In this document: positions 39,435 to 49,993 of the stretch, piece by piece
Position numbering within the stretch: the stretch's first letter is position 1
Layout of the letters: each line of letters begins with the position of its first letter
Assembly (NCBI GenBank): GCA_046296495.1
Contig: JBKBLB010000002.1
Coordinates: 22,590 to 86,589 of the forward strand
Direction of reading: 5' to 3'
DNA from: Bacteroidia bacterium
GTDB taxonomy: Bacteria; Bacteroidota; Bacteroidia; UKL13-3
DNA length: 64,000 bases
Made by a program: the position numbers and the translations under genes
The notes under the pieces: model-generated
Told to the model about the DNA's origin: nothing
The model's database searches: none
Seen by the model: the letters and a program-made list of their open reading frames with translations, nothing else

Positions 39435-40313
39435 ATGAAAACAGCATATGTATTTCCGGGGCAGGGCTCTCAATTTTCAGGAATGGGAAAGGATTTATTT
39501 GAACAAAGTGAAAAAGCCCGCGAATTATTTGAACAAGCAAATTCAATTTTAGGCTTTAATATTTCAAATATCATGTTTAATGGAAGCGATGAAGATTTAA
39601 AACAAACCAAAGTTACACAACCGGCTGTTTTTCTTCACTCGGTTATAAAAGCGTTAACAACCGACAACTTTATGCCCGATATGCTTGCTGGGCATAGCCT
39701 TGGAGAATTTAGTGCATTAGTTGCAAACAAAACTTTAAGTTTTGAAGACGGATTAAAACTGGTATATGCACGTGCCATGGCCATGCAAAAAGCCTGCGAA
39801 TTAAAATCCAGTACCATGGCGGCCGTATTAGGTTTAGAAGATAATAAAGTAGAAGAAATTTGCAACAATATTAATGTAGGTGTTGTAGTTGCAGCAAATT
39901 ATAATTGTCCTGGTCAGTTGGTAATTTCAGGTGATATAGAAGCAGTAAATGAAGCTTGCATAAAACTAAAAGAAGCAGGTGCAAAAAGAGCATTGTTATT
40001 ACCGGTAGGAGGAGCTTTTCATTCACCCTTAATGGAACCTGCACAAATTGAACTGAAACAAGCTATTGAAAATACTAAATTCAATAATCCTATTTGTCCG
40101 ATATATCAAAATGTTGCAGCAAAAGCTGTTTATGATATTGAAGCCATAAAAGAAAACTTAATTTTGCAATTAACCGCTCCTGTAAAATGGACTCAAAGCA
40201 TTATGGCTATGGTGGCTGATGGAGCCAGCAAATTTATTGAATGCGGCCCGGGCAATGTTTTGCAAGGTTTGATAAAGAAAATACACAAAGAAGCCGAAAC
40301 CTCAGCGTTGTAA
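39435..40313 (+). CDS. fabD: Malonyl CoA-ACP transacylase
   Basis: FPGQGSQ and GHSLGEFSAL active-site motifs. Confidence 0.9.
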   Translation: MKTAYVFPGQGSQFSGMGKDLFEQSEKARELFEQANSILGFNISNIMFNGSDEDLKQTKVTQPAVFLHSVIKALTTDNFMPDMLAGHSLGEFSALVANKTLSFEDGLKLVYARAMAMQKACELKSSTMAAVLGLEDNKVEEICNNINVGVVVAANYNCPGQLVISGDIEAVNEACIKLKEAGAKRALLLPVGGAFHSPLMEPAQIELKQAIENTKFNNPICPIYQNVAAKAVYDIEAIKENLILQLTAPVKWTQSIMAMVADGASKFIECGPGNVLQGLIKKIHKEAETSAL

Positions 40314-40407
40314 GTGTTTTTGAACACTAAAAGCTAAAATTAATTATTTGTAGAATTTTTATTGCAAATACTTAATTTTCACTTATTTTTGCCCGCTTTT
40401 TAAGCGA

Positions 40408-40413
40408 AAGGAG
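40408..40413 (+). promoter_or_regulatory. Shine-Dalgarno-like AAGGAG 10 nt upstream of the rpsA TTG start
   Basis: gcgAAAGGAGacaaaatcaaTTG. Such motifs are rare in Bacteroidota genes, so it stands out. Confidence 0.35.
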
Positions 40414-40423
40414 ACAAAATCAA

Positions 40424-42229
40424 TTGACAGAAAACAACCAAACTAACGAAAACACCGAGACAGCAGAATTTGACTGGAGTATGGACAAAGCCGGCTTTGG
40501 AGGCTATTCTAGCGATGAATACCAAAGATTATCTAACCTTTACGAACAAACTCTTAGTGCTTTTAACGAAAAAGAAATTGTAAAAGGCACTGTTGTTGGT
40601 TTTACAGAAAAAGAAGTGGTACTAAACATTGGTTTTAAATCAGATGGCTTAATACCTCGTACCGAATTTAGGGATATGCCCGATTTAAAAGTTGGCGATA
40701 CTGTAGAAGTATTGCTTGAAACCAAAGAAGATGCCAACGGACAGCTTATACTAAGCCGTAAAAAAGCCGTAGGCGAGCGTGCTTGGGAAAACATAATGGC
40801 CGCTTATGAAAATGATGAAGTGATTAACGGTTACGTAAAAACCCGTACAAAAGGCGGACTTGTAGTTGAAATAATGGGTATTGATACCTTTTTACCGGGA
40901 AGCCAAATTGATACTAAAACTATAAAAGATTATGATATTTATGTTGGTCAAACAATGCCATTTAAAGTGGTAAAAGTTAATCATGCATTTAAAAATATTG
41001 TAATTTCTCATAAAGTATTAATTGAAGAAGATATAGAAAAACAAAAATCTGATATCCTGTCAAAACTCGAAAAAGGTCAGGTGCTTGAAGGAACTGTTAA
41101 AAACATGACTTCATTTGGTGTTTTTATAGATTTGGGTGGAGTTGACGGATTATTACACATTACCGATATTAGCTGGGGTAGAATAAACCACCCAGAAGAA
41201 GTTCTTCAATTAGAACAAAAAATAAATGTGGTTGTACTTGATTTTGATGATGAGAAAAAACGCATTAGCTTAGGCTTAAAACAATTACAACCTCATCCTT
41301 GGGATAGCATGACCCAAGAACTTACCGTTGGTTCAAAAGTAAAAGGTAAAATTGTAAATATTGCCGATTACGGTGCATTCCTTGAGCTTGCTCCGGGTGT
41401 AGAGGGGCTAATTCACGTAAGTGAAATGAGCTGGAGCCAACACTTACGCAGCCCTTCTGATTTCTTAAAATTAGGTGATGAAGTAGAAGCAGTTGTTTTA
41501 ACCCTTGAAAAAGAAGAGCGAAAAATGAGTCTTGGTATTAAGCAATTAAAGCCAGATCCATGGGTAGCAATTGCAGAAAAATATCCTGTTGGTTCAAGAC
41601 ACAAAGGCATTGTGCGTAACATGACCAACTATGGCTTATTTGTTGAGCTTGAAGAAGGTGTTGACGGTCTTGTTCACGTAAGCGATTTAAGCTGGACAAA
41701 GAAAATTAAACACCCTAACGAATACGTAAAAACCGGACAGGAACTAGAGGTTGTGGTACTTGAAATGGATTTAGAAAACCGCAGATTGAGCCTTGGCCAT
41801 AAACAAGTTGACGAAAATCCATGGGAAGCATTTGAAGGAATTTTTGCAGTTGGTTCAATACACGAAGGAACTGTATTGAAAATTGAAGGAAATAGCTCTA
41901 CAATAGCATTGCCTTACGGTGTTGAAGCTTATGCTCCTTTAAAACAATTACAAAAAGAAGACAAGAAAACTGCCAAAGAAGATGAAACTTTGCTGGTTAA
42001 AGTTACCGAGTTTAATAAAGAAACAAAACGTATAGTTGTATCTCACGTAGCAGTGTGGAAACAAGAAGTTGAAGAGAAAAAAGCTGCCGAAGAAAAACGT
42101 AAAGAAAACGAAAAAGAAAAAGCAAGTAAAACAGCTAAAAAGATTAACGAAAGCAATGAGAAATCTACATTTGCCGAAGTTGAAGGCTTGGCTGAATTGA
42201 AAGCTAAACTTGAAGGTAACAAAAATTAA
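40424..42229 (+). CDS. rpsA: 30S ribosomal protein S1 (TTG start)
   Basis: 601 aa with six S1 repeats and a Lys/Glu-rich C-terminal tail. Confidence 0.9.
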   Translation: MTENNQTNENTETAEFDWSMDKAGFGGYSSDEYQRLSNLYEQTLSAFNEKEIVKGTVVGFTEKEVVLNIGFKSDGLIPRTEFRDMPDLKVGDTVEVLLETKEDANGQLILSRKKAVGERAWENIMAAYENDEVINGYVKTRTKGGLVVEIMGIDTFLPGSQIDTKTIKDYDIYVGQTMPFKVVKVNHAFKNIVISHKVLIEEDIEKQKSDILSKLEKGQVLEGTVKNMTSFGVFIDLGGVDGLLHITDISWGRINHPEEVLQLEQKINVVVLDFDDEKKRISLGLKQLQPHPWDSMTQELTVGSKVKGKIVNIADYGAFLELAPGVEGLIHVSEMSWSQHLRSPSDFLKLGDEVEAVVLTLEKEERKMSLGIKQLKPDPWVAIAEKYPVGSRHKGIVRNMTNYGLFVELEEGVDGLVHVSDLSWTKKIKHPNEYVKTGQELEVVVLEMDLENRRLSLGHKQVDENPWEAFEGIFAVGSIHEGTVLKIEGNSSTIALPYGVEAYAPLKQLQKEDKKTAKEDETLLVKVTEFNKETKRIVVSHVAVWKQEVEEKKAAEEKRKENEKEKASKTAKKINESNEKSTFAEVEGLAELKAKLEGNKN

Positions 42230-42244
42230 GCATCATAAAAAAAT

Positions 42245-42279
42245 TAAAAATCCCGGACATTAAAATCCGGGATTTTTTT
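42245..42279 (+). terminator. Rho-independent terminator after rpsA
   Basis: aaaATCCCGG-acattaaaat-CCGGGATtttttttt. Confidence 0.6.
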
Positions 42280-42308
42280 TGCCTGTTTGTGTATGTTTGA
42301 ACCAAAAA

Positions 42309-42716
42309 ATGAATTACTGGCTCGTAAAATCTGAACCTTTTAAATACAGTTGGGATCAATTTGTAAAAGATAAACAAACCTTTTGGGATGGAGTGAGAAA
42401 TTATCAGGCCCGAAATAATTTAAAAGCCATGAAAAAAGGCGATTTGGTGCTTTGGTATCATAGCAACGAAGGCAAAGAGGTGGTTGGCATTGCAAAGGTT
42501 GTTAAAGAATTTTATCAAGATCCCACAACAAATGATACAAATTGGGTAGTTGTAGATTTAAAGCCATTTAAAAAATTAAAAAATCCCGTATCATTAGAGA
42601 AGATAAAAGCTGATAAGATGCTACAAAATATTGCATTGGTAAAACAAGGTCGCTTAAGTGTAATGCCTTTAAAACCTGAAGAATTTAATGCCATTATTCA
42701 ATTAAGCGAAGAATAA
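42309..42716 (+). CDS. EVE (PUA-like) domain protein
   Basis: MNYWLVKSEP...WDGVRNYQARNNLKAMKKGDLVLWYHS; start taken at the ATG at 42309. Confidence 0.75.
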   Translation: MNYWLVKSEPFKYSWDQFVKDKQTFWDGVRNYQARNNLKAMKKGDLVLWYHSNEGKEVVGIAKVVKEFYQDPTTNDTNWVVVDLKPFKKLKNPVSLEKIKADKMLQNIALVKQGRLSVMPLKPEEFNAIIQLSEE

Positions 42717-42758
42717 AATATAAAAGCACTACTTTTGAAATTGCTGAAGCGGATTTAA

Positions 42759-43304
42759 ATGAATAAAAAAACCATTCTTGAGAAAAAGCAATTTGCTATA
42801 ACCATTGATAGGCTATGCTTTCAAATATTAGAGCGCCACAATAATCTTGAAAATACTGCTATTGTAGGTTTGCAACCTCGAGGTGTTTATCTTTCAAGAA
42901 GAATTAAAACCAGACTATCAGAAATTACAGGTAAAACACTAATAACCTATGGCGAAATTGATGCATCGTTTTACAGAGATGATTTTAGAAGAAACGAAGA
43001 ACCAATTTTACCCCATACCATAGCAATAAATTTTGATGTTGAGGGTAAAAAAATAATTTTGATTGATGATGTACTTTATACGGGTCGTACAGTTCGTTCT
43101 GCATTAGAGGCCTTGCTTGATTTTGGTCGCCCTGTTTTGGTAGAGTTGCTTGTATTAATAGATAGGAGATACAGCCGCCACGTTCCCATTCAACCCGATT
43201 ATGTTGGTCTTACTGTTGATACACGCACTAGCGATAAAGTAGTGGTAGAGTGGAAGGAAACCTCAAAAAACGATATGGCAACCATTGTAAATAAAAACAA
43301 CTAA
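42759..43304 (+). CDS. pyrR: Bifunctional pyr operon regulator / uracil phosphoribosyltransferase
   Basis: 181 aa; PRTase motif ILIDDVLYTGRTVRSA. Confidence 0.9.
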   Translation: MNKKTILEKKQFAITIDRLCFQILERHNNLENTAIVGLQPRGVYLSRRIKTRLSEITGKTLITYGEIDASFYRDDFRRNEEPILPHTIAINFDVEGKKIILIDDVLYTGRTVRSALEALLDFGRPVLVELLVLIDRRYSRHVPIQPDYVGLTVDTRTSDKVVVEWKETSKNDMATIVNKNN

Positions 43305-43306
43305 GC

Positions 43307-44242
43307 ATGAGAAAATTTTCGCAAAAGCATTTGTTGGGCATAAAAGACTTATCGGTAAGCGATATTGAACTAATATTTGAAACAGCAGATAACTTCAAAG
43401 CCGTTATAAACCGACCTATAAAAAAAGTACCAAGTTTACGCGATATTACGGTAGCCAATATTTTTTTCGAAAACTCAACAAGAACCCGAATAAGTTTTGA
43501 GCTTGCACAAAAAAGATTAAGTGCCGATGTTATAAATTTTTCATCATCATCATCTTCAGTTTCAAAAGGCGAAACGCTAATTGATACTGTTAACAACATA
43601 CTTGCCATGAAAGTAGATATTGTGGTAATGCGTCATCCGGCTCCGGGAGCATGTGTTTTTCTGGCAAATCATGTAAATGCAAAAATTATAAATGCCGGAG
43701 ACGGTACCCACGAGCATCCAACACAAGCATTGCTCGATGCTTATTCCATTAAAGAAAAACTTGGTTCGGTAAAAAATAAAAAAGTGGTTATTGTTGGCGA
43801 TATTATGCACTCACGTGTTGCATTAAGCAATATTTTTTGCCTAAAAAAACTAGGTGTAGAAGTTATGGTTTGTGGCCCAACAACCTTAATTCCAAAGAAT
43901 ATTCAGTCGCTTGGTGTTTTGGTTGAACACGATTTAACCAAAGCACTTGAATGGTGCGATGTTGCCAATATGCTGCGCATACAACTTGAAAGGCAGGATA
44001 TAAAATATTTTCCGAGTTTAAGAGAATACAGTATGCTTTACGGTCTTGATAAGAAAAAATTAGATTCCTTAAAAAAACAAATAGTAATAATGCATCCCGG
44101 TCCAATTAATCGAGGCGTTGAAATAACTAGCGATGTAGCCGATAGCAAACACAGCATCATTTTAAATCAGGTTGAAAATGGCGTTGCTATAAGAATGGCT
44201 GTAATGTATTTATTAGCCGGTCAAAAAGGGCAGGTTCAATAG
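43307..44242 (+). CDS. pyrB: Aspartate carbamoyltransferase catalytic subunit
   Basis: STRTRISFE carbamoyl-phosphate-binding motif, an HPTQ motif and a 3-nt spacing after pyrR. Confidence 0.9.
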   Translation: MRKFSQKHLLGIKDLSVSDIELIFETADNFKAVINRPIKKVPSLRDITVANIFFENSTRTRISFELAQKRLSADVINFSSSSSSVSKGETLIDTVNNILAMKVDIVVMRHPAPGACVFLANHVNAKIINAGDGTHEHPTQALLDAYSIKEKLGSVKNKKVVIVGDIMHSRVALSNIFCLKKLGVEVMVCGPTTLIPKNIQSLGVLVEHDLTKALEWCDVANMLRIQLERQDIKYFPSLREYSMLYGLDKKKLDSLKKQIVIMHPGPINRGVEITSDVADSKHSIILNQVENGVAIRMAVMYLLAGQKGQVQ

Positions 44243-44281
44243 TATTTTTTGAACCTTAGTTAAAATAAAACTTTAAAAATT

Positions 44282-45289
44282 ATGATTAACAAAGAAATAG
44301 TGGTTAGCGGAATAAGGCCAACTGGAAACCTGCATTTGGGCAATTACATTGGAGCTGTACAAAATTTTGTAAAAATGCAGCATCAATACAATTGCTACTT
44401 TTTTATTGCCGATTATCACTCACTAACAACTCACCCAAATCCGGCAAGTTTGCATCAAAACGTAAAAACAATTTTAGCCGAATATATTGCCTGCGGCTTA
44501 GATCCTGATGCCTGTACACTATATATTCAAAGCGATTTGCCTCAAATTCCCGAATTGTATTTGCTTTTAAATATGCATGCTTATAGAGGAGAATTAGAAA
44601 GGGTGGCAAGTTTTAAAGAAAAAATAAAATCTCAACCCAATAATGTTAATGCTGGCTTGCTTACATACCCTGTATTAATGGCTGCTGATATTATTATTCA
44701 CAAGGCACTAAAAGTTCCAGTTGGCAAAGACCAAGAGCAACACCTTGAAATGGCCAGAACTTTTGCAAACCGTTTTAACAGAATTTACAATTGCGAGGTT
44801 TTTCCGGAACCTATGGCATTTAATTTTGGAACCCAGTTGGTAAAAATACCGGGATTGAACGGTGGAGGCAAAATGAGCAAAAGCGATGGAGATGCCAATG
44901 TGATAAATCTTATTGATTCTCCTGAAATAATTACAAAAAAAATAAAACGTGCTGTTACCGACAGTGGTCCGACAGAGCCAAACTCAACGCCTCCCCAGTC
45001 GGTTCAAAACCTTTTTGATTTGATGTCTGCTGTATCAGAAACTGAAACACTTAATTTTTTTAAGGAAAGTTATGCAAATTGCACCATTCGCTATGGCGAT
45101 TTAAAAAAGCAGTTGGCAGAAGACATGGTAAGATTCATAAATCCTATTAGGGAAAGAATTTTAGAAATAAGCAATAACGATGAATTAATTGCTAAAGCCG
45201 CAAAACTTGGTTCTGAAAAAGCTTACTTAAGTGCAGAAAATACTTTAAAGGAAGTAAGAAGTGCAATTGGTATTAGAAAATTGTACTAA
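44282..45289 (+). CDS. trpS: Tryptophan--tRNA ligase
   Basis: HIGH-like TGNLHLGNYIGA and KMSKS motifs. Confidence 0.9.
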   Translation: MINKEIVVSGIRPTGNLHLGNYIGAVQNFVKMQHQYNCYFFIADYHSLTTHPNPASLHQNVKTILAEYIACGLDPDACTLYIQSDLPQIPELYLLLNMHAYRGELERVASFKEKIKSQPNNVNAGLLTYPVLMAADIIIHKALKVPVGKDQEQHLEMARTFANRFNRIYNCEVFPEPMAFNFGTQLVKIPGLNGGGKMSKSDGDANVINLIDSPEIITKKIKRAVTDSGPTEPNSTPPQSVQNLFDLMSAVSETETLNFFKESYANCTIRYGDLKKQLAEDMVRFINPIRERILEISNNDELIAKAAKLGSEKAYLSAENTLKEVRSAIGIRKLY

Positions 45290-45525
45290 CCAAGGTTGCC
45301 AAATAAATGATAAAAAGTACGAATGCATTTTTGGCATTGATTTTTCTTAATGAACAAGAAAAAGAACACGTACTTTGTTATAAAACTTCGTTTTTGTCGC
45401 TTTACATCCTTTGCGCTTTTACATTGTGGGCATATATCAGAGAAGGTCGCGTTTTTTATAACCCACCATATCGCTACAATTGAAATTAAAATTGCAATAA
45501 AAATGTAAACCTCAGTTGGAAACAT
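45286..45525 (-). CDS. Small hypothetical membrane protein with two CxxC pairs (doubtful)
   Basis: 79 aa with one TM helix and a CPQC...CQKC motif. Codon usage is unremarkable and it may be spurious. Confidence 0.2.
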   Translation of the reverse strand: MFPTEVYIFIAILISIVAIWWVIKNATFSDICPQCKSAKDVKRQKRSFITKYVFFFLFIKKNQCQKCIRTFYHLFGNLG

Positions 45526-45571
45526 AGGGCAAATATATTTTTAATATAAATTAAACCTAATTAATTTAATA

Positions 45572-48217
45572 TTATGATTTAAATAAGTTTTTTAATTCAT
45601 CTATTGCAATGTATAAATTACTAGCGTCATTACCACCTGCGGTAGCATAAAAAGGTTGTCCACCGCCACCACCTTTAATATGTTTGGCAGCCTGTTTTAC
45701 AAGGTTTCCGGCATGTAAATTTCTATATTTAACTAAATTATCGCTTATAATTAAGCTAATAAGTGGTTTATCGTTAAAAGTTGCACCTAAAGCACAAAAT
45801 AAGTTATCAATTTCATTTTTTAGCTCAAAGCTCAGGTTTTTTAGCTGTTCGGCATTAGGAATATCAATAATTGTTGCAATTACATTCACACCATCTAAAA
45901 CCTCAATATTGTTTTTAAGTGTTAGTTTTATTTGTTTGGTGTTTTCTGCTTCAAAAACACTGATTCTTTTTTGTAAATCATTTTTTTCTGCTAACAATTG
46001 CTCAACTGATTTTATAATGTTGTTTGATTTAAGCAATTGTTTTAACTCGGTATTTGTTTTTTGTAGTTCATAAACATAATTCTCGGCAGTTGTGGCTGTT
46101 ATGGCTTCAATTCTTCTTATGCCGGCTGCCACGGCTGTTTCGGCAACAATTTTAAAAAGACCAATTTGCCCAGTTGCCTTTACGTGAGTTCCGCCACATA
46201 GTTCTATGCTGTAATTTGAATCAAAAGTTATTACCCTTACTTTTTCTCCATATTTTTCACCAAACAGCATCATTGCTCCAAGTTTTTCTGCATCTGAAAT
46301 TGGAATATTTCTTTGCTCGTGTAACGGAATATTTTCCCTTATTTTTTGGTTTACCATTTTTTCTACTTCCAAAATTTCAGTATCGCTCAATGCAGCAAAA
46401 TGAGAAAAATCAAACCGAAGGTAATCGGCAGTTACAAGGCTTCCTTTTTGTGCAACATGTTTACCTAAAACTTTTCTTAGCGCTGCATGTAATAAATGAG
46501 TTGCCGAGTGATTGTTTTGGGTTAGAAGTCTTTTTTCTGCATCAACTTTAGCAGTAAAAGTTTGATTTAATTTTTCGGGTAATTTATCAGCAAAATGTAT
46601 TATCAGGTTGTTTTCTTTTATGGTGTTTTGAACCAATATAATTTCATTAACACTCAAAAGTTTTCCCGTATCACCAACCTGTCCGCCACCTTCGGGGTAA
46701 AATGGGGTTTGGTTCAACACAATTTGAAAAAGCTCTTTTCCTTTAGCTTTTACTTTTCTGCATTTTACTATTTTTACTTCTGCTTCAAGTCTATCATATC
46801 CAATAAATTCGGGTTGAATATCTTTGCCTACCAACAACCAATCATCTGTGGTTATTTCGGTTGCTTTTCTGGCTCTTTGTTTTTGTTCGTTTAAAAGTTT
46901 GTCGAATTCTGCTAAATCAATATCAATATTGTTTTCTCTGGCAATTAATAAGGTTAAATCTATCGGGAAACCGTAAGTATCATATAACTCAAAAGCAACA
47001 GAGCCACTGAGAATTTTGGTATCGTTTTTTAAATTTATTTCTAATCTTTTCAAGCCATTCTCTAGTGTTCTTAAAAAGCCAAGTTCTTCTTCTTTTATTA
47101 TGCGGCTAACTATATCAATTTGTTGATGTAATTCGGGAAATACATTTTTAAAGTTATCGGCTACAACTTTTACAAGTTCGCATAAAAAAGGTTGTTTAAC
47201 AAGTAAGAATTGATATTGATAACGTACTGCTCTTCTTAAAATTCTGCGTATTACATATCCTGCACCGTTATTTGATGGCAACTGACCATCAGCAATGGCA
47301 AAGCCAATGGTTCTTACATGATCAGCAACCACTCGCATGGCAATATCTTTATTGCGAAGCTCTTTGCTTTTAGTTTCATCATCAGCATTGGTAAAACCGT
47401 AAGTTAAGTTGCTCTTTAACTCAATTTGCATTATTAATGGTATAAAAACATCTGTATCGTAATTTGATGACTTGCCTTCAATGGCTCTAACCAATCGTTC
47501 AAAACCCATACCGGTATCAACATGTTGGGCCGGAAGCTTTTCCAGCGTTCCATCGGCTTTGCGGTTAAACTCCATAAATACATTGTTCCACAATTCAATT
47601 ACCTGCGGATGATCTTTATTTACCAATAAAGCACCATCAGTTTTTTTTCTTTCATCGTCAGGTCTTAGGTCTATATGTATTTCTGAGCAAGGGCCACATG
47701 GGCCTGTATCGCCCATTTCCCAAAAATTATCTTTTTTATTGCCCTTTAGTATTCGGTTAGGTTCAACCCAACGCAACCATTGGTTATAACTATCGCTATC
47801 AAATTCTAAACCTTCTTTTTCATCTCCTTCAAAAACTGTAACGTATAATCTGTCCTTATCAAGTTTATAAACTTTGGTTAAAAGTTCCCATGCCCATTCA
47901 ATGGCTTCTGCTTTAAAATAATCACCAAAACTCCAATTGCCAAGCATTTCAAACATGGTATGGTGGTAGGTATCAACGCCAACTTCTTCTAAATCGTTGT
48001 GTTTGCCGCTTACACGTAAACATTTCTGGCTATTTGCTACACGTTTATATTTAGGTTTTTCGTTTCCAAGAAACCAGTCTTTAAACTGGTTCATACCGGC
48101 ATTGGTAAACATTAATGTTGGATCGTTTTTTACAACTATTGGAGCACTTGGAACTATTTTATGTTCTTTGGTTTCAAAAAAATCTAAAAATTGTTTACGA
48201 ATATAATTGGCATTCAT
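45572..48217 (-). CDS. alaS: Alanine--tRNA ligase
   Basis: 881 aa; class II core, editing domain HxxxH...CGGTH and a C-terminal DHHA1-like domain. Confidence 0.9.
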   Translation of the reverse strand: MNANYIRKQFLDFFETKEHKIVPSAPIVVKNDPTLMFTNAGMNQFKDWFLGNEKPKYKRVANSQKCLRVSGKHNDLEEVGVDTYHHTMFEMLGNWSFGDYFKAEAIEWAWELLTKVYKLDKDRLYVTVFEGDEKEGLEFDSDSYNQWLRWVEPNRILKGNKKDNFWEMGDTGPCGPCSEIHIDLRPDDERKKTDGALLVNKDHPQVIELWNNVFMEFNRKADGTLEKLPAQHVDTGMGFERLVRAIEGKSSNYDTDVFIPLIMQIELKSNLTYGFTNADDETKSKELRNKDIAMRVVADHVRTIGFAIADGQLPSNNGAGYVIRRILRRAVRYQYQFLLVKQPFLCELVKVVADNFKNVFPELHQQIDIVSRIIKEEELGFLRTLENGLKRLEINLKNDTKILSGSVAFELYDTYGFPIDLTLLIARENNIDIDLAEFDKLLNEQKQRARKATEITTDDWLLVGKDIQPEFIGYDRLEAEVKIVKCRKVKAKGKELFQIVLNQTPFYPEGGGQVGDTGKLLSVNEIILVQNTIKENNLIIHFADKLPEKLNQTFTAKVDAEKRLLTQNNHSATHLLHAALRKVLGKHVAQKGSLVTADYLRFDFSHFAALSDTEILEVEKMVNQKIRENIPLHEQRNIPISDAEKLGAMMLFGEKYGEKVRVITFDSNYSIELCGGTHVKATGQIGLFKIVAETAVAAGIRRIEAITATTAENYVYELQKTNTELKQLLKSNNIIKSVEQLLAEKNDLQKRISVFEAENTKQIKLTLKNNIEVLDGVNVIATIIDIPNAEQLKNLSFELKNEIDNLFCALGATFNDKPLISLIISDNLVKYRNLHAGNLVKQAAKHIKGGGGGQPFYATAGGNDASNLYIAIDELKNLFKS

Positions 48218-48317
48218 TTATTTGATATTGTGTATATTGTGTTGTTTTTGTGTTACAAAAATTTTATTTACTTTCGCACCTCGCAAATTATAAAACTGTT
48301 TAAGCAACGGAATAAGC

Positions 48318-49277
48318 GTGGCAAAAATAAAATACTTTTACAATCCGCATAAGTTAGATTTTGAGAAAGTACGAACCAGCGTTACTTCGATTGTACTTCG
48401 TATTTTTGGATTTCTATCTGCCAGTGTTGTTGCAGGGGCCATATTGGTTGTAGCATTGTATAATTTTATTGATTCTCCAAAAGAAAGAATTTTAAAACGC
48501 GAAAACGAGGTTTATAAACAACAATTAAAAACATTAGAGCAAAGGCTGAACCAATTGAATAAAGTAATGGCTGAATTGCAAGACCGAGATGCCAATATTT
48601 ACCGTGCAATTTTTGAAGCTGACCCAATTGATATAAATATTAGAAAAGGTGCTTTTGGAGGAACCTACGATTACACTTCGACTGAAAACAATGAAGATTT
48701 ACTGGCACTTGCTAAGAAGGTTGATGAATTATCGGCACAGGTTTATATTCAATCAAAATCGTTTGATGAACTAAATAAACTTGCTGAAAACAAGTCTGAG
48801 TTTTTGGCATGTATTCCTGCCATTCAACCCATAAGCAATAAAGATTTAAAGCGTGTTGCATCGGGCTACGGTTATCGCATACACCCGGTTTTTAAAACAC
48901 ATAAATTTCATAGTGGCATAGATTTTACTGCACCTGTAGGAACTCCCATTTACTCAACCGGAAATGGAACGGTTGTTACAGCCGAAAATGGAGCCGGCTA
49001 TGGAAATCATGTGGTAGTTAATCATGGTTTTGGTTATCAAAGCCTTTACGGACACATGAGTAAAATTAAAGTAAGGCAAGGACAAAAAGTTAAACGAGGC
49101 GAATTGTTAGGTTATGTTGGTTCAAGCGGAATAAGTACCGCACCACATGTGCATTATGAGGTTGTTAAAAACGGAAACAAAATAAACCCGATAAATTACT
49201 TCTTTAACGACCTGACAGAGGAAGAATATCAGGCCATAAAAGAACTTGCATCAAGAGAAGGACAATCGTTTGACTAA
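48318..49277 (+). CDS. M23 family metallopeptidase (membrane-anchored)
   Basis: TM helix; M23 motifs HSGIDFTAPVGTPIYSTGNG and VHYEV. Confidence 0.8.
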   Translation: MAKIKYFYNPHKLDFEKVRTSVTSIVLRIFGFLSASVVAGAILVVALYNFIDSPKERILKRENEVYKQQLKTLEQRLNQLNKVMAELQDRDANIYRAIFEADPIDINIRKGAFGGTYDYTSTENNEDLLALAKKVDELSAQVYIQSKSFDELNKLAENKSEFLACIPAIQPISNKDLKRVASGYGYRIHPVFKTHKFHSGIDFTAPVGTPIYSTGNGTVVTAENGAGYGNHVVVNHGFGYQSLYGHMSKIKVRQGQKVKRGELLGYVGSSGISTAPHVHYEVVKNGNKINPINYFFNDLTEEEYQAIKELASREGQSFD

Positions 49278-49284
49278 TATTTAA

Positions 49285-49614
49285 ATGGCAAACGAAGACG
49301 AAATTACACCTCTTTTTTATACCATTGGTCAGGTTAGTCGAATGTTGCAACTTCCAGAAAGTTTATTAAGGTTTTGGGAAAAAGAATTTACACAATTAAA
49401 ACCAAGAAAAACTTCGAGAGGAACTAGAAAATATTCAATCGAAGATATTGAAACCATTAAAGCCATCCATCAGCTTGTAAAAATAGAAGGATATACACTT
49501 GATGGGGCAAAAGAAAAGCTTAAAAAAAGCAATTCAATAAAAACAAAAACAAGAATTGCCGAGGAGTTAATGGATTTAAAGGAATTTCTAATAAATTTAA
49601 AAAATCAATTATAA
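49285..49614 (+). CDS. MerR-family transcriptional regulator
   Basis: 109 aa with an N-terminal MerR HTH (YTIGQVSRMLQLPESLLRFWEKEF). Confidence 0.75.
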   Translation: MANEDEITPLFYTIGQVSRMLQLPESLLRFWEKEFTQLKPRKTSRGTRKYSIEDIETIKAIHQLVKIEGYTLDGAKEKLKKSNSIKTKTRIAEELMDLKEFLINLKNQL

Positions 49615-49620
49615 AATATC

Positions 49621-49989
49621 ATGAGTGAACAAACGCCAGAAATTGTAAAAACATCTCAAATTAGGGTAGATGTAAAATTAGATAAAGAAAATTTGCCTAT
49701 TGCTATAGAATGGGATGCGGATGATGCTGATTTTGATGGAAAAATACCGGCAAAGGGATTGATGTTGAGTTTGTATGACGGCCTTGAGCAAAATGCCATG
49801 CGTATTGATTTATGGACCAGTGAAATGACTGTAGAAGAAATGAATCATTTTGTTTTTCAAACTTTGGCAACCATGGCCGATACTTTAGAGCGAGCAACCG
49901 GTAATAAAGAAGTATGTGACGAAATGAGAGATTTTGTTCATCACTTTGGTCATAGAGTTGGCATTTTTGGAGAAGACCATAAGCACTAA
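49621..49989 (+). CDS. gldC: Gliding motility protein GldC
   Basis: 122 aa, colinear with Flavobacterium johnsoniae GldC as I recall it (…ENLTW…; …LSLWD…LRLDLWTKDM…MADTFERAT…MRDF). Confidence 0.8.
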   Translation: MSEQTPEIVKTSQIRVDVKLDKENLPIAIEWDADDADFDGKIPAKGLMLSLYDGLEQNAMRIDLWTSEMTVEEMNHFVFQTLATMADTLERATGNKEVCDEMRDFVHHFGHRVGIFGEDHKH

Positions 49990-49993
49990 CCAT

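Noticed and set aside
45684-46894. Three plus-strand ORFs (99-129 aa) inside alaS
   Set aside because: Antisense to a highly conserved aminoacyl-tRNA synthetase gene, with low-complexity translations.
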